Below, one piece after another: positions 1-9,469 of a DNA stretch of 64,000 nucleotides; positions within the stretch are counted from its first letter, which is position 1, and every line of letters begins with the position of its first letter. The notes under the pieces were generated by a model. That model made no database searches, was not told the DNA's origin, and worked only from the letters and a program-made list of their open reading frames with translations. The DNA is from Desulfomonilia bacterium (GTDB lineage Bacteria; Desulfobacterota; Desulfomonilia; UBA1062): assembly GCA_050014195.1 (NCBI GenBank), contig JBEKDT010000016.1, positions 55,023-119,022 on the forward strand. Direction: 5' to 3'. Position numbers and translations under genes: made by a program.

Positions 1-904
1 CTTTGAGTTTCACGGTTCCCGTGGTTGTGTCAATCTGGTTGTCGATGGCCAGCAGTGTCCCTTTGGCCAAAAGGGTTTTACCATCCTGACTGTAAGCGTA
101 GGCAGGCAACACTTCTCCCGTGCGCAGTCGTTTCATGATGGCGGGCAGATTATCCTGCGGCACTGAAAATACAACAGTGACCGGTTGGAGCTGCGTTATC
201 ACCGCCATCCCGTTCACATCGGAGGGTTGAACCATATTCCCCTGGTCCACCAGCCGCAAACCGATACGCCCCGATACCGGGGCAATAACCCGCGAATAGG
301 TGAGTTGCAGCTTTGCGTTGGCGATCTGCCCCTGGTCTGTCTTTACAGCCCCCTTGTATTGCTGCACGAGCGATTCCTGGGTGGACACCTGCTGCTCGGG
401 GATGGAATCCTGTTTCAGCAGCAGCTTGTAACGTTCCAGGTCTTTCTCGGCATTCATCAATAGCGATTCATCGCGGGCAAGCTGCCCTTCGGCTTGCATG
501 AGCTGGACCTCAAAGGGCCTGGGGTCTATCTCGGCCAGCAACATACCCTCCTTAACAACCTGTCCCTCCTCGAAATGCACCCGTAAAAGCTGCCCGCTGA
601 CCTGGGATCGCACCGTGACTGTGTTCACGGGTATTACGGTGCCGAGGCCTCTCAGATTGATATCCATATCCGCCTTTCTGGCCGCCACGGCCATCACCGG
701 CAGTGGACGCTGAGCATCATTTAAGGCCTTGGCGCGAGCCACGGCCTGAGTTGCCGCATGCATCAGGAAGAGCTTGTAAACTACGGCGGCGATACAGACG
801 ACGATCACGAGCCAGATCCATCGACTTCGCATCATTTTAGAAAACAGATGCGTTCCTTTCATGCTCGGTTGTTGAGTGGGCTCATTCTCTTGGGGCGGAT
901 TCAT
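1..904 (-). CDS. RND efflux membrane fusion protein, MdtA-like (3' end outside window)
   Basis: Not in ORF track because it is open at the edge. Manual translation from ATG 904 (RBS GGAG/GGGAG): N-terminal TM (RWIWLVIVVCIAAVVY), VTVRSQVSGQL, GTLLAIDNQIDTTTGTVKLK. Confidence 0.85.
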   Translation of the reverse strand, partial: MNPPQENEPTQQPSMKGTHLFSKMMRSRWIWLVIVVCIAAVVYKLFLMHAATQAVARAKALNDAQRPLPVMAVAARKADMDINLRGLGTVIPVNTVTVRSQVSGQLLRVHFEEGQVVKEGMLLAEIDPRPFEVQLMQAEGQLARDESLLMNAEKDLERYKLLLKQDSIPEQQVSTQESLVQQYKGAVKTDQGQIANAKLQLTYSRVIAPVSGRIGLRLVDQGNMVQPSDVNGMAVITQLQPVTVVFSVPQDNLPAIMKRLRTGEVLPAYAYSQDGKTLLAKGTLLAIDNQIDTTTGTVKLK

Positions 905-1119
905 TTTACTCCCTCGCTCCAGTAAATTCTTTGGACCACAAATTAATGACTATACTTAATTAATACCACTTTGTTGAGAAACAATAACATCACGTTTATG
1001 TGTTTCCCCTATTGCCTTTTTGTCTCAATACTCCTTGGTCCGGATCATCTTCACCCGCGCCTGATGATGATTGCCAGCACAATATCCCAAATATCTTAAT
1101 ACCTCAATGGTCACGCGGG

Positions 1120-1965
1120 TTAAGGTGTTTCAACCCGAGATGCTATGCCTACAAATTCGGTTACCGTGTTATCACCCCAATTGGCAACCCAAACATTGCC
1201 TGAATCGTCTATGGCGATGCCGTATGGTTTGCTGCCTACAGCATAAGTCCCTTTAAGCACGCCCGAAGAACTGAATTCGGTTACATTGTTATTGGTACTA
1301 CTGACAACCCACATATTGCCTGAACCATCTATGGCTATGCCTGTTGGACCGGCGCTCACAGTAAAAGTTCCTAAAACTGCTCCGGCAGAACTGAGCTCGG
1401 TTACACTGTCACTGCCCTGACTGGTAACCCATAAATTGCCTGAACCGTCTATGGCTATGCCTGTTGGATTGGTGCTCACAGTAAACGTTTCTAAAACTGT
1501 GCCGGTAGAACTGAGCTCGGTAACATTGTTGCTGCCCTGATTGGTAACCCAAACATTGCCTGAATCGTCTATGGCTATGCCATATGGCTCGCTGCCTACA
1601 GGATAAGTATGAGGAGCTTGCGGCGTAGCGATTATCATTGAGCCTCCAGTTTCATATCCCGCGCTATTCACCACCCTTACTTCAAAGATGTATGTGGTGC
1701 CGTTTGTAAGACCTGTAGCGGTAAAACTTGTATTTGTTGTTGAACCAATCTCTGTGTAAGGTCCTTCAAAAATGGTGGCTTCATATACATTATAACTTGT
1801 TGCGCCGGTTGATGCGGTCCATGAAAGGTTTATTTGGCTGGAAGATGCCGCAGCTGCAGTCAGCCCTGTCGGCGTTGTGGCAGATTCGGAGCCTTTGCAG
1901 CCATTCAGAACCATAGATAAACATACAACAAAGAAGCAGACCAAGACGACCCTGAGCTTTTCTAT
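1120..1965 (-). CDS. Lipoprotein with fibronectin type III domain and NHL repeats
   Basis: Lipobox LNGC; FN3 (INLSWTAS..YNVY..TGLTNGTTYIFEVR); four 40-aa PxGIAIDxSGNxWV repeats with 120-bp DNA period. Start uncertain: ORF track gives 2109, RBS fits ATA at 1965. Confidence 0.75.
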   Translation of the reverse strand: MEKLRVVLVCFFVVCLSMVLNGCKGSESATTPTGLTAAAASSSQINLSWTASTGATSYNVYEATIFEGPYTEIGSTTNTSFTATGLTNGTTYIFEVRVVNSAGYETGGSMIIATPQAPHTYPVGSEPYGIAIDDSGNVWVTNQGSNNVTELSSTGTVLETFTVSTNPTGIAIDGSGNLWVTSQGSDSVTELSSAGAVLGTFTVSAGPTGIAIDGSGNMWVVSSTNNNVTEFSSSGVLKGTYAVGSKPYGIAIDDSGNVWVANWGDNTVTEFVGIASRVETP

Positions 1966-2116
1966 AACTTTCCTCTTTCGTAAATTACTGTAATGAAGTT
2001 TCGCACATAATATCAACATAAGTATAATCGAGGTATTCTCAAGGGGATCCATAAGGTAAAAGAATGAATCAAAGTCAGTATCTGATGGGAACAGCCGATT
2101 TGACAACATAGCAAAA

Positions 2117-2311
2117 TTAACCGATCAAGAGGCGGCCCTTTTTGTTGGAATACTTTGAAGTGGCTTCTTTGCGCATCTCCTGGGCCATATGATCAAAAAT
2201 CTCTTTGGAGAAATTTATAACGTCTTTATTCGTGAACCCGTTGCGGATGAGTTCGCGGTAAAGGCTCTTGGCTAGTATCTTGGTGGCTTTATCCGTATCC
2301 ATATTCTTCAA
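2117..2311 (-). CDS. Small hypothetical protein (64 aa)
   Basis: Co-directional between two lipoprotein genes; amphipathic helical sequence KILAKSLYRELIRNGF. Confidence 0.6.
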   Translation of the reverse strand: MKNMDTDKATKILAKSLYRELIRNGFTNKDVINFSKEIFDHMAQEMRKEATSKYSNKKGRLLIG

Positions 2312-2342
2312 TCTTATGTAGAGATTTTCTTTGCGTTTAAGA

Positions 2343-2966
2343 CTACTGAACGGTCACGATAACCGAGGCTTGCTTTTGTTCCCCACTTCCGTCGGTCACC
2401 GTGAGCGTCACCGTATAAGTGCCGGCAGTGCTGAATATTATTGAGCCGGGATTCTGCGCAGTGCTGTTGGTCGCCCCTCCGTCAAAGTCCCACAGATAGG
2501 TGTATGGGCTTGTCCCATTGAACACCGTACTCTGGAAATTCACCGACTGTCCTGCAGAAATCGTTACATCCCCTGAGGGTGAGGTTATACTTACTATATA
2601 TGCCGATGAAGGCTGAACGGTCACGACAACCGAGTCTTGCGCTGTAGCTCCACTGCTGTCAGTCACCGTGAGATTAACCGTATATGTCCCGGCAGTGCTG
2701 AATGATATCAAGCCGGGATTCTGCACAGGGCTGTCGGTTGCGCCACCTCCGAAGTCCCACTGGTAGGTGTATGGGCTTGAGCCATTGGATACCGAGCATT
2801 CGAAATCCACCGACTGTCCTGCATAAATAGTTGTATCAGCCGAGGGTGAGGTTATATTCACTGTAAGGTTATTCTGCCCACCTCCAAGGTTGCACCCTGC
2901 AATAAGCATTACAGTGGAGAAGATTCCGAATGCCCGTGTGATCATTGACAGTCTTGCTTTATCCAT
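2343..2966 (-). CDS. Lipoprotein with two PKD domains
   Basis: Lipobox IAGC; two ~89-aa repeats with YxWDFxGG and GTYTVxLTVTD; 267-bp DNA duplication. Confidence 0.85.
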   Translation of the reverse strand: MDKARLSMITRAFGIFSTVMLIAGCNLGGGQNNLTVNITSPSADTTIYAGQSVDFECSVSNGSSPYTYQWDFGGGATDSPVQNPGLISFSTAGTYTVNLTVTDSSGATAQDSVVVTVQPSSAYIVSITSPSGDVTISAGQSVNFQSTVFNGTSPYTYLWDFDGGATNSTAQNPGSIIFSTAGTYTVTLTVTDGSGEQKQASVIVTVQ

Positions 2967-3120
2967 TGATGATACCCCTTAGGTACAAAGCAGTTTTCAT
3001 ATCCGATACTATAAGATCATCAATACCGGAAGTAAACCCTGTGTCGATGGAGTATCTCATGGACTTTTTAGCTATAAAGACCTTATTCATGAACCTATGT
3101 TACCGGAAAGAGGTTAACTC

Positions 3121-3642
3121 TTACTGTTCCTTAGGCTCATGACGGAATTCTTTACCCTGGGGCGAATGCCGCTTTCCCTTCATCTCGTGAAACTTGGCCA
3201 TAAGACGGTGAAAACGATCCGGGCCGAGAATCCTTCTCATACCAAGCATGTACATGATATGCTCGTTAGAGATCATTAACCTGTCCTCTTCGATAACCTT
3301 GTTCTGGGCAAGTACGGATGTCTCATCGACGGTATCCTTCTCAATCATATCATGCAGCTTGAAGCGGTCTTTCATGAGAGAGCTCTTGAGATCGACAAGC
3401 TTATCACGGTTCTTTACGAACAGATCATCCAATGACTGCTTCTCTCCGGTAGTGATACCGAGATCCTTGGACAGCGCTGGAGACTGCCACCACTTGAAAT
3501 AGTGCATACCCTGGTGCATTCCACAATGCATATCCTTTGCCTGGGCCTGTACTGCTCCAAAGAGAATCAGTCCTGCTGAACATATCAGCGTCATCATGAA
3601 CAAAGACATTTTCCTAGAACTCTTTCCCGTTAGCTCTTTCAT
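3121..3642 (-). CDS. Spy/CpxP-like periplasmic helical protein
   Basis: Signal peptide (AQA), His/Met-rich N-terminus, WWQ..L.IT..EKQSL pattern; paralog of 27229..27696. Confidence 0.75.
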   Translation of the reverse strand: MKELTGKSSRKMSLFMMTLICSAGLILFGAVQAQAKDMHCGMHQGMHYFKWWQSPALSKDLGITTGEKQSLDDLFVKNRDKLVDLKSSLMKDRFKLHDMIEKDTVDETSVLAQNKVIEEDRLMISNEHIMYMLGMRRILGPDRFHRLMAKFHEMKGKRHSPQGKEFRHEPKEQ

Positions 3643-3676
3643 AGTGCCTCCTGTGTTTTTCTCTTTAGCCGTTTAA

Positions 3677-3704
3677 GACGTATGGGATATCCGAAATGTC
3701 TACA
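3677..3704 (-). promoter_or_regulatory. Putative ECF sigma promoter TGTAGAC-N17-CGTC (copy 1)
   Basis: Same bipartite motif and spacing at four sites in the window; 35 bp upstream of the Spy-like gene. Confidence 0.75.
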
Positions 3705-3725
3705 CAGTGATTCTTATTGTTAAGA

Positions 3726-5159
3726 TCACGGCGCTACTTCCCACCCACCACCCAGGGCCTTGTAAAGGGCGATGAGATCGGTGACGATGCTGCGCTCGCT
3801 CTGCACCAACGCATCCTGGGAAGAATAGAGCGAACGCTGGGCATTGAGCACGTTGAGAAAATCTGTCATGCCTTCCGTGTAGAGCTGCAGTGACAGGTCC
3901 ACGGCCTTTTCATTGGCCGCAACAGCATCGTAAAGCACTTTACGATGTTGCTGCTCCTTGGAATATGCGATGAGCGCATTCTCCACATCCTGTAGCGCCC
4001 CCAGCACCGTTTCCTGGTACGTGATCAAGGCCTGGTCCCGGAGCGCTTCCTGCACGTGGATGTTCGATACGATGGCGCCCCCTTCAAAAATGGACCACGT
4101 GGCCGCGGGACCGACAAAGAATGAGCGATTGGTTTTTGTCAACCAGGAGCCGAACTGGTTATTCTTCCAGTCCACTTCTCCGGTAAGTGAAAACGCCGGG
4201 AAGAGATCCGCGACGGCAACGCCGATCTGGGCAGTGGCGCTGTGAAGCTGGGCTTCGGCCTCACGAATGTCGGGCCGGCGGCGGAGCAAATCCGATGGTA
4301 TACCCGCGGGGATCTGTGCAGGTATACCAGGCAGGTTACCTGTGGGCGAAAGCTTTACCAGCAAATCCGCCGGAGGACGGGCCAATAGCACGCTCAATGC
4401 GTAGATGGATTGTTGCGCTTCGGTTTCAAAGACCGGGATTTGAGACTCGGTCGTCGCGGCGTTGCTGTCCGCATTTGCGACATCGAGCCCGCTGTCGAAT
4501 CCGACTTTGTATAGCTTGCGTGTGATCTCTGCGGTGTGCTGCTGGCTTTTCAGATTATTTTGCGCAACCACGATCTCCTGTTGGTAACCTCTAAGTTGGA
4601 CATAATTGAGCGCCACTTCTGCGATGAGGCTTACCTGCACGTCTTGGAGATTTTCAACAGCGGCCTCTATGTTCGCATTCGCCGATTCGACCGCTCGGCG
4701 CTGGCCGCCGAATATATCGAGTTCCCATACCGCATCCAGTCCGGCCTCATAAAGACCTTGTGAACCGTTCCCCGGCGTGACACCCGCCGTGTGCTCCCGC
4801 TGGTAACTGCCGGATCCTGTGACTGACGGCCACAAACCGCCCGCGGCCACGCCACGCATCGCGCGGGCTTGGCGCAGGCGCGCTTCAGCGAGCGCGAGAT
4901 CAAGATTCGCCTTGAGAGCCTCATCGACCAGCGCGCTCAATGTCGGGTCATTGAACTGCCGCCACCACCCCGCGAGGTCCGCCGGTTGCTCCGTCACGAC
5001 GGACGGTTGTCCGGTCTTCTCCACACCGACCCACGCACCGGGGAGCGCTGCCGGCTGCGGAGTGCGATAATCCGGTCCGCTCATGCACCCGCTCAACAGC
5101 AACATAACCAAACCAAGTGCCCCAACCGGGACCAAGTGCCATTGTTCCTTCACCTTCAT
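3726..5159 (-). CDS. Outer membrane efflux lipoprotein (NodT/OprM family)
   Basis: Lipobox LSGC, WELDIFGG, PSDLLRRRPDIREAE, LYKALGGGW; start set at ATG 5159 after GAGG. Confidence 0.92.
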   Translation of the reverse strand: MKVKEQWHLVPVGALGLVMLLLSGCMSGPDYRTPQPAALPGAWVGVEKTGQPSVVTEQPADLAGWWRQFNDPTLSALVDEALKANLDLALAEARLRQARAMRGVAAGGLWPSVTGSGSYQREHTAGVTPGNGSQGLYEAGLDAVWELDIFGGQRRAVESANANIEAAVENLQDVQVSLIAEVALNYVQLRGYQQEIVVAQNNLKSQQHTAEITRKLYKVGFDSGLDVANADSNAATTESQIPVFETEAQQSIYALSVLLARPPADLLVKLSPTGNLPGIPAQIPAGIPSDLLRRRPDIREAEAQLHSATAQIGVAVADLFPAFSLTGEVDWKNNQFGSWLTKTNRSFFVGPAATWSIFEGGAIVSNIHVQEALRDQALITYQETVLGALQDVENALIAYSKEQQHRKVLYDAVAANEKAVDLSLQLYTEGMTDFLNVLNAQRSLYSSQDALVQSERSIVTDLIALYKALGGGWEVAP

Positions 5160-5166
5160 CACTACC

Positions 5167-6540
5167 TCATTCATACCTAAGCGCGTCGATGGGATCGAGC
5201 CGCGAGCCCTTCCATGCCGGATAGAAACCGAAAATAACGCCCACACTTGCGGACACGACCACGGCCGCCACGATCGCACCCACAGAAGGCGCTGTCGGCC
5301 AATGGAGCACCTTAGATACAAGATAGGAAGTGCCACGACCGAGAATGATGCCCATGATGCCGCCGAGCAGACAAAGCACGACGGCCTCTATCAAGAATTG
5401 CTGCAGGATGTCGTTCGGCTCGGCGCCGACCGCCATGCGAAGGCCGATCTCGTGCGTTCGCTCGGTCACCGAGACGAGCATGATGTTCATAATGCCAACG
5501 CCGCCCACCACGAGCGAGATCATGGCCACGTACAGGAGTAGTCTGGTTATCAGCTCTGTAGTCGAACTCATTGCCTTGGTAATCTCGGTCATGTCACGAA
5601 CTCTGAAATCGTCCGGATCAGCCGCGAGGAGGTGGTGACGTTCCCGCAGCACGGCCGTCATTTGCCCGATGGCGGAAGGAATCGCGTCCGCTCCCTTGGC
5701 GGCGGTAAGGATCTGGTCCACGTTGGTAAACCGGATAGGTTGCGGCAGGTCCGCCTGCTCGATGCTCGACGGAACCGGATAGCGGCTCGAGGTAATGTTC
5801 GGATAGATTTGGCTGAGCGAATTGACTTCCGTGGTGTTCGACGTATTGGTGGCGCTCTGGTTGCCGCTCGAAAGGGAGGTGGCAACCACGCGGTATTTGA
5901 TCGTCGTCCAAGGCGCGAGGAGGGTATCGTCCTGGTCCTGGCCCATCAAGTTCGCTCCCTTTTGCCTCAACACGCCGATGACCTTGAAGGTGACATTCCG
6001 GATGCGGATCTCCTTGCCGACGGGCGATTGTCCGCCGAACAACTCCCTCACGATCGTTTGGCCGACCATACACACTTTGCTCAAGTTGAGGACGTCATGC
6101 TCGGTGAACGCTTCGCCTTGGTCCATACCGGTCCAGTCGCGCACCTTTAAAAACGACGGGGTGGTGCCATAGATGGACGTAGGCACCCAGTTGCGGTTGC
6201 CGTACACCAGCTGCGCGCGGGCGCGCACGATCGGCGCCACGCTCGCGATAGCGGGACACTCCTTCAGAACCGCATCCGCGTCCTGCGGCGTCAGCGTCAT
6301 CATGCTCCCGACGCCCATGTTGATGCCGCCGATATTTTGAGCCCCCGGTATGATCACCAGGGTATTGGCGCCTATACTCGTCATGGTGCGCTGAATGGCG
6401 ATGGATGCGCCGTTGCCGATCTCCATCATGGTGATGACTGCGGCAACGCCGATGACAATGCCGAGCGTGGTGAGCAGCGTGCGCATGATGTTCCGTCGAA
6501 GCGCACCTGCAGCCGTCTTCAGGATGCCATACAACCTCAT
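5167..6540 (-). CDS. MacB-family ABC transporter permease
   Basis: LTTLGIVIGVAAVI, GGVGIMNIMLVSVTERTHEIGLRMAVGA, LDPIDALRYE. Confidence 0.93.
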   Translation of the reverse strand: MRLYGILKTAAGALRRNIMRTLLTTLGIVIGVAAVITMMEIGNGASIAIQRTMTSIGANTLVIIPGAQNIGGINMGVGSMMTLTPQDADAVLKECPAIASVAPIVRARAQLVYGNRNWVPTSIYGTTPSFLKVRDWTGMDQGEAFTEHDVLNLSKVCMVGQTIVRELFGGQSPVGKEIRIRNVTFKVIGVLRQKGANLMGQDQDDTLLAPWTTIKYRVVATSLSSGNQSATNTSNTTEVNSLSQIYPNITSSRYPVPSSIEQADLPQPIRFTNVDQILTAAKGADAIPSAIGQMTAVLRERHHLLAADPDDFRVRDMTEITKAMSSTTELITRLLLYVAMISLVVGGVGIMNIMLVSVTERTHEIGLRMAVGAEPNDILQQFLIEAVVLCLLGGIMGIILGRGTSYLVSKVLHWPTAPSVGAIVAAVVVSASVGVIFGFYPAWKGSRLDPIDALRYE

Positions 6541-7229
6541 GGGGCATCTCCTGAGTGTTCTACGAGGCCGTCCTTGATGCGAATGATCCGTCCGGCGTAT
6601 TGCGCCACGCCGGGATCATGGGTGACGAGGATGATAGTGATGCCATCGTCCCTGTTGAGCTGCTGGAACATCCGGAGTAATTCCTCGCTCGTGTGCGAGT
6701 CGAGGTTGCCGGTCGGCTCGTCCGCGAGGAGTATCTCGGGCTGGTTGATCAGCGCCCTGGCGATTGCTACGCGCTGCTGTTCCCCTCCAGAGAGTTGGGA
6801 CGGCTGGTGATCGCTCCGGTCTGCCAGGCCGACCTTGCGGAGCAGTTCCACGGCGCGCTCTTTCTTTTGGTGCTCGCTCAGGTTCTCCCTCGAATACGTG
6901 AGCGGCATCAGGACGTTCTCCAATGCACTGGTGCGCGGCAGCAGGTTGAAGTTTTGGAAAACAAAACCGATTATCCGATTTCGCAGCCGGGCCTGTTCCC
7001 TGTGGGTGAGGCCGGAAATCTCCCGGCCGTCCAGTAAGTAATCTCCTGAAGTCGGGTGATCGAGGCACCCGAGGATGTGCATCAGCGTACTCTTTCCGGA
7101 GCCGCTGGCGCCCATTAAGGCCGCGAGTTCGCCGCGGCTGATGCCAAGCGACACGCCCTTGAGCACCGGTAGGTCGACCTCGCCGAGATGGTAGGTCTTG
7201 CGAATATCGTGCAGTTCGATTAGGTCCAT
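6537..7229 (-). CDS. MacB/LolD-type ABC ATP-binding protein
   Basis: Walker A GASGSGKST, LSGGEQQRVAIARAL, ILLADEPTGNLD. Confidence 0.93.
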   Translation of the reverse strand: MDLIELHDIRKTYHLGEVDLPVLKGVSLGISRGELAALMGASGSGKSTLMHILGCLDHPTSGDYLLDGREISGLTHREQARLRNRIIGFVFQNFNLLPRTSALENVLMPLTYSRENLSEHQKKERAVELLRKVGLADRSDHQPSQLSGGEQQRVAIARALINQPEILLADEPTGNLDSHTSEELLRMFQQLNRDDGITIILVTHDPGVAQYAGRIIRIKDGLVEHSGDAP

Positions 7230-7257
7230 GACTTTCGCCGCTCCCTTACCGGCTTGT

Positions 7258-8595
7258 TTAGCGTTCAGTGCCGGAAGGCGGGGCTCCCTGGCTTTGGCTC
7301 TGAGACCGTCCACGGCCGATTTGAGGCGTGAAAGGATTGCGGTCGGTGCTCGGGGCTGCTTCGGCCTCCCGCATCCCTTCGCCTATGACCACGCGCAGGC
7401 CCTCGGTCAAACCCCTGCCCTCGACCTCGGTGGATGCGCCGTCTGTCAACCCGGTCTTCACGCGAATAGGTCGCACGAACTTGCCTTGCTCGACCCAGAT
7501 GATTCCACGCGAGCCGGCAATGTCAGAGCCGTGGTCCCGATGCCCGGATCTTTTGCGAGAGTCCGGCACTATCTGGTTGGGCCGCGGCGACCAACTAAGC
7601 GCCGCATTCGGGACCATGAGCACACCGTGCCGGCTGCCGATTTGGAATTGGGCGTTAGCCGTCTGATAAGGCAGGAGCTTGCCGTCTTCGTTGTCGGTGT
7701 CGACCGCGACTGTGTACGTGACGACATTTTGCGTCATCGTCGCGTTGAGCCGAACCTGGTCGACATGTCCATGAAACACCCGGCCGGGATATGCATCCAC
7801 GGTGAACGTCACCGGCTGGCCTCTGGAAATGCTGCCGATGTCGGCCTCGTTGACCGACAACCACACCTGAATATGCTTAAGGTCACTCGCTATGAGGAAT
7901 AGGCTCGGCGCGCTCAGGCTGGATACAACGGTCTGACCGATGTTAACCCGCCGGTCAATAACCACACCATTGACCGGCGACTTGATGGTACAGTAATCGA
8001 GATTGATGCGCGCAGTGTTGAGGTTGGCCTTAGCCTGTGCCACCGCTGCCTTTGCCTGCTCAACGGCGGCTATGGCCGCTGCAAGATTGGCCTTTGCAAC
8101 CTCGTAATTGGCTTGGTATTGATCGTAGGCGCTCTGCGCCAATGCATCGGATGGCCCGAGCTTCTGCGCACGGTTCCAGTCCGCCTGAGCCTGCAACAAC
8201 TTCGCCTTCATCTGGAGCACATTGGCATCGGCGCTGATTTTGTTGGCCTCGTTCTGCTGGAGTTGGGCCTTGGCGGTTTCCAGTGCAGCAGCATACAGTG
8301 AATCATCAATTCTCGCCAGTACCGTTCCTGCCTCCACAACGGAACCCCAGTCGATAGGTTTCCCGCGACTGTCCTTGCCAAAGGCGTTAATCACTCCAGC
8401 AACCTGTGCGCCTATGTCCACTGAGGCAATCGGCTCGATCGTGCCTGTTGCACTGATGGTAGTCACCAGATCCCCCCGTCTTACAGGGGTAGTATGGAAT
8501 ACCTGCCCCTTATCCCTTCCGGACCGGTACGACCACACGCCGACAACGGCAAGCCCGACAACCACCAAAACTACGATTATTACTGTTCGTCGCAT
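7258..8595 (-). CDS. MacA-like periplasmic adaptor (MFP)
   Basis: N-terminal TM, ISATGTIEP..VDIGAQVAG, coiled-coil hairpin, IKSPVNGVVI, NVVTYTV. Confidence 0.92.
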   Translation of the reverse strand: MRRTVIIVVLVVVGLAVVGVWSYRSGRDKGQVFHTTPVRRGDLVTTISATGTIEPIASVDIGAQVAGVINAFGKDSRGKPIDWGSVVEAGTVLARIDDSLYAAALETAKAQLQQNEANKISADANVLQMKAKLLQAQADWNRAQKLGPSDALAQSAYDQYQANYEVAKANLAAAIAAVEQAKAAVAQAKANLNTARINLDYCTIKSPVNGVVIDRRVNIGQTVVSSLSAPSLFLIASDLKHIQVWLSVNEADIGSISRGQPVTFTVDAYPGRVFHGHVDQVRLNATMTQNVVTYTVAVDTDNEDGKLLPYQTANAQFQIGSRHGVLMVPNAALSWSPRPNQIVPDSRKRSGHRDHGSDIAGSRGIIWVEQGKFVRPIRVKTGLTDGASTEVEGRGLTEGLRVVIGEGMREAEAAPSTDRNPFTPQIGRGRSQSQSQGAPPSGTER

Positions 8596-8791
8596 ACTTC
8601 TCTCCCGTTACGATTATGGACGTATGGATGACCGCAATACAACGCAATCCATATACCACGGGGCCATGAGGTGGAGCAGATAGCCGGCCGCGTAGTCAGG
8701 ACATGGAGATGGGCTGTCCAATATCCAATATATTCGCTGTCTGAGCACGTTTTCTTAAGGCGCATTCTAACAAAGCCGTTTAGCTGTTTAG

Positions 8792-8819
8792 GACGTCTGA
8801 GATATCAGAAATGTCTACA
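8792..8819 (-). promoter_or_regulatory. Putative ECF sigma promoter TGTAGAC-N17-CGTC (copy 2)
   Basis: Motif match about 200 bp upstream of the MacA-like gene. Confidence 0.7.
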
Positions 8820-8904
8820 CAGAGAGAAATGGGAGATATGAGGGGCCGAGCTTCCCGCCCTTACCTGCCCGACCCCATCGGGACCGATTATCGGCAGCGA
8901 AGTC

Positions 8905-9441
8905 TTATACTGTCTGATCCACCTGAGTAGCTGAAGTGGTCTGGGATGCTGAGTTTGCTGACCCTACGTATTGTTGAAGGATAGACAAAAGAGTATCGGG
9001 GCTCATGTTTTCAATATCCTGTATTGCCTGCGAATTGAGAGATTGACTCGTAGAAGAAGATGATCCGCTACCCGTAGTTTGTGCCTGTTCCTCAGATATG
9101 ACATCCTGGGCCAAGCTGGGGTTTGACTGCATGAGCTTCGCATTCTCATCAGACAGCATGATATTGTATAGGGAATCGCTTGAATCATTCGATTCCTGGT
9201 TACCGCTCAGTAAATTGTAGATAGAACTATCCGATCCCACGGTCCCCTGGTTATCAATGTCGAGAAGTGGGTCGTCGTTCTGTATCTCCTGTGCATAGTT
9301 GCTAAGGCTGACAATGTCTGTAGCGTTGGTCCCCGAAGCCTGTGTCTGGGCATTCGACACCTGGGTTGAAGTCGGACCGGTCTGCAGACTGTTGAGCAAA
9401 CTTGAAAGGAGAGAGTTGTTGACGTTATTGATGGTTGACAT
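8905..9441 (-). CDS. Ser/Thr/Gln/Asn/Asp-rich hypothetical protein
   Basis: RBS GAGGGGG; low complexity; no Sec signal; follows the 9470..9952 gene. Confidence 0.7.
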   Translation of the reverse strand: MSTINNVNNSLLSSLLNSLQTGPTSTQVSNAQTQASGTNATDIVSLSNYAQEIQNDDPLLDIDNQGTVGSDSSIYNLLSGNQESNDSSDSLYNIMLSDENAKLMQSNPSLAQDVISEEQAQTTGSGSSSSTSQSLNSQAIQDIENMSPDTLLSILQQYVGSANSASQTTSATQVDQTV

Positions 9442-9469
9442 GGCTAATCCCCCTCTTTATCCTGTCTCT

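Noticed and set aside
1180-1600. 120-bp periodic DNA repeats as a non-coding array
   Set aside because: They are in-frame NHL repeats of a protein-coding gene.
8888-8895. GCCGATAA as a sigma-28 -10 element
   Set aside because: No suitable -35; it sits just after a stop codon within palindromic, terminator-like sequence.
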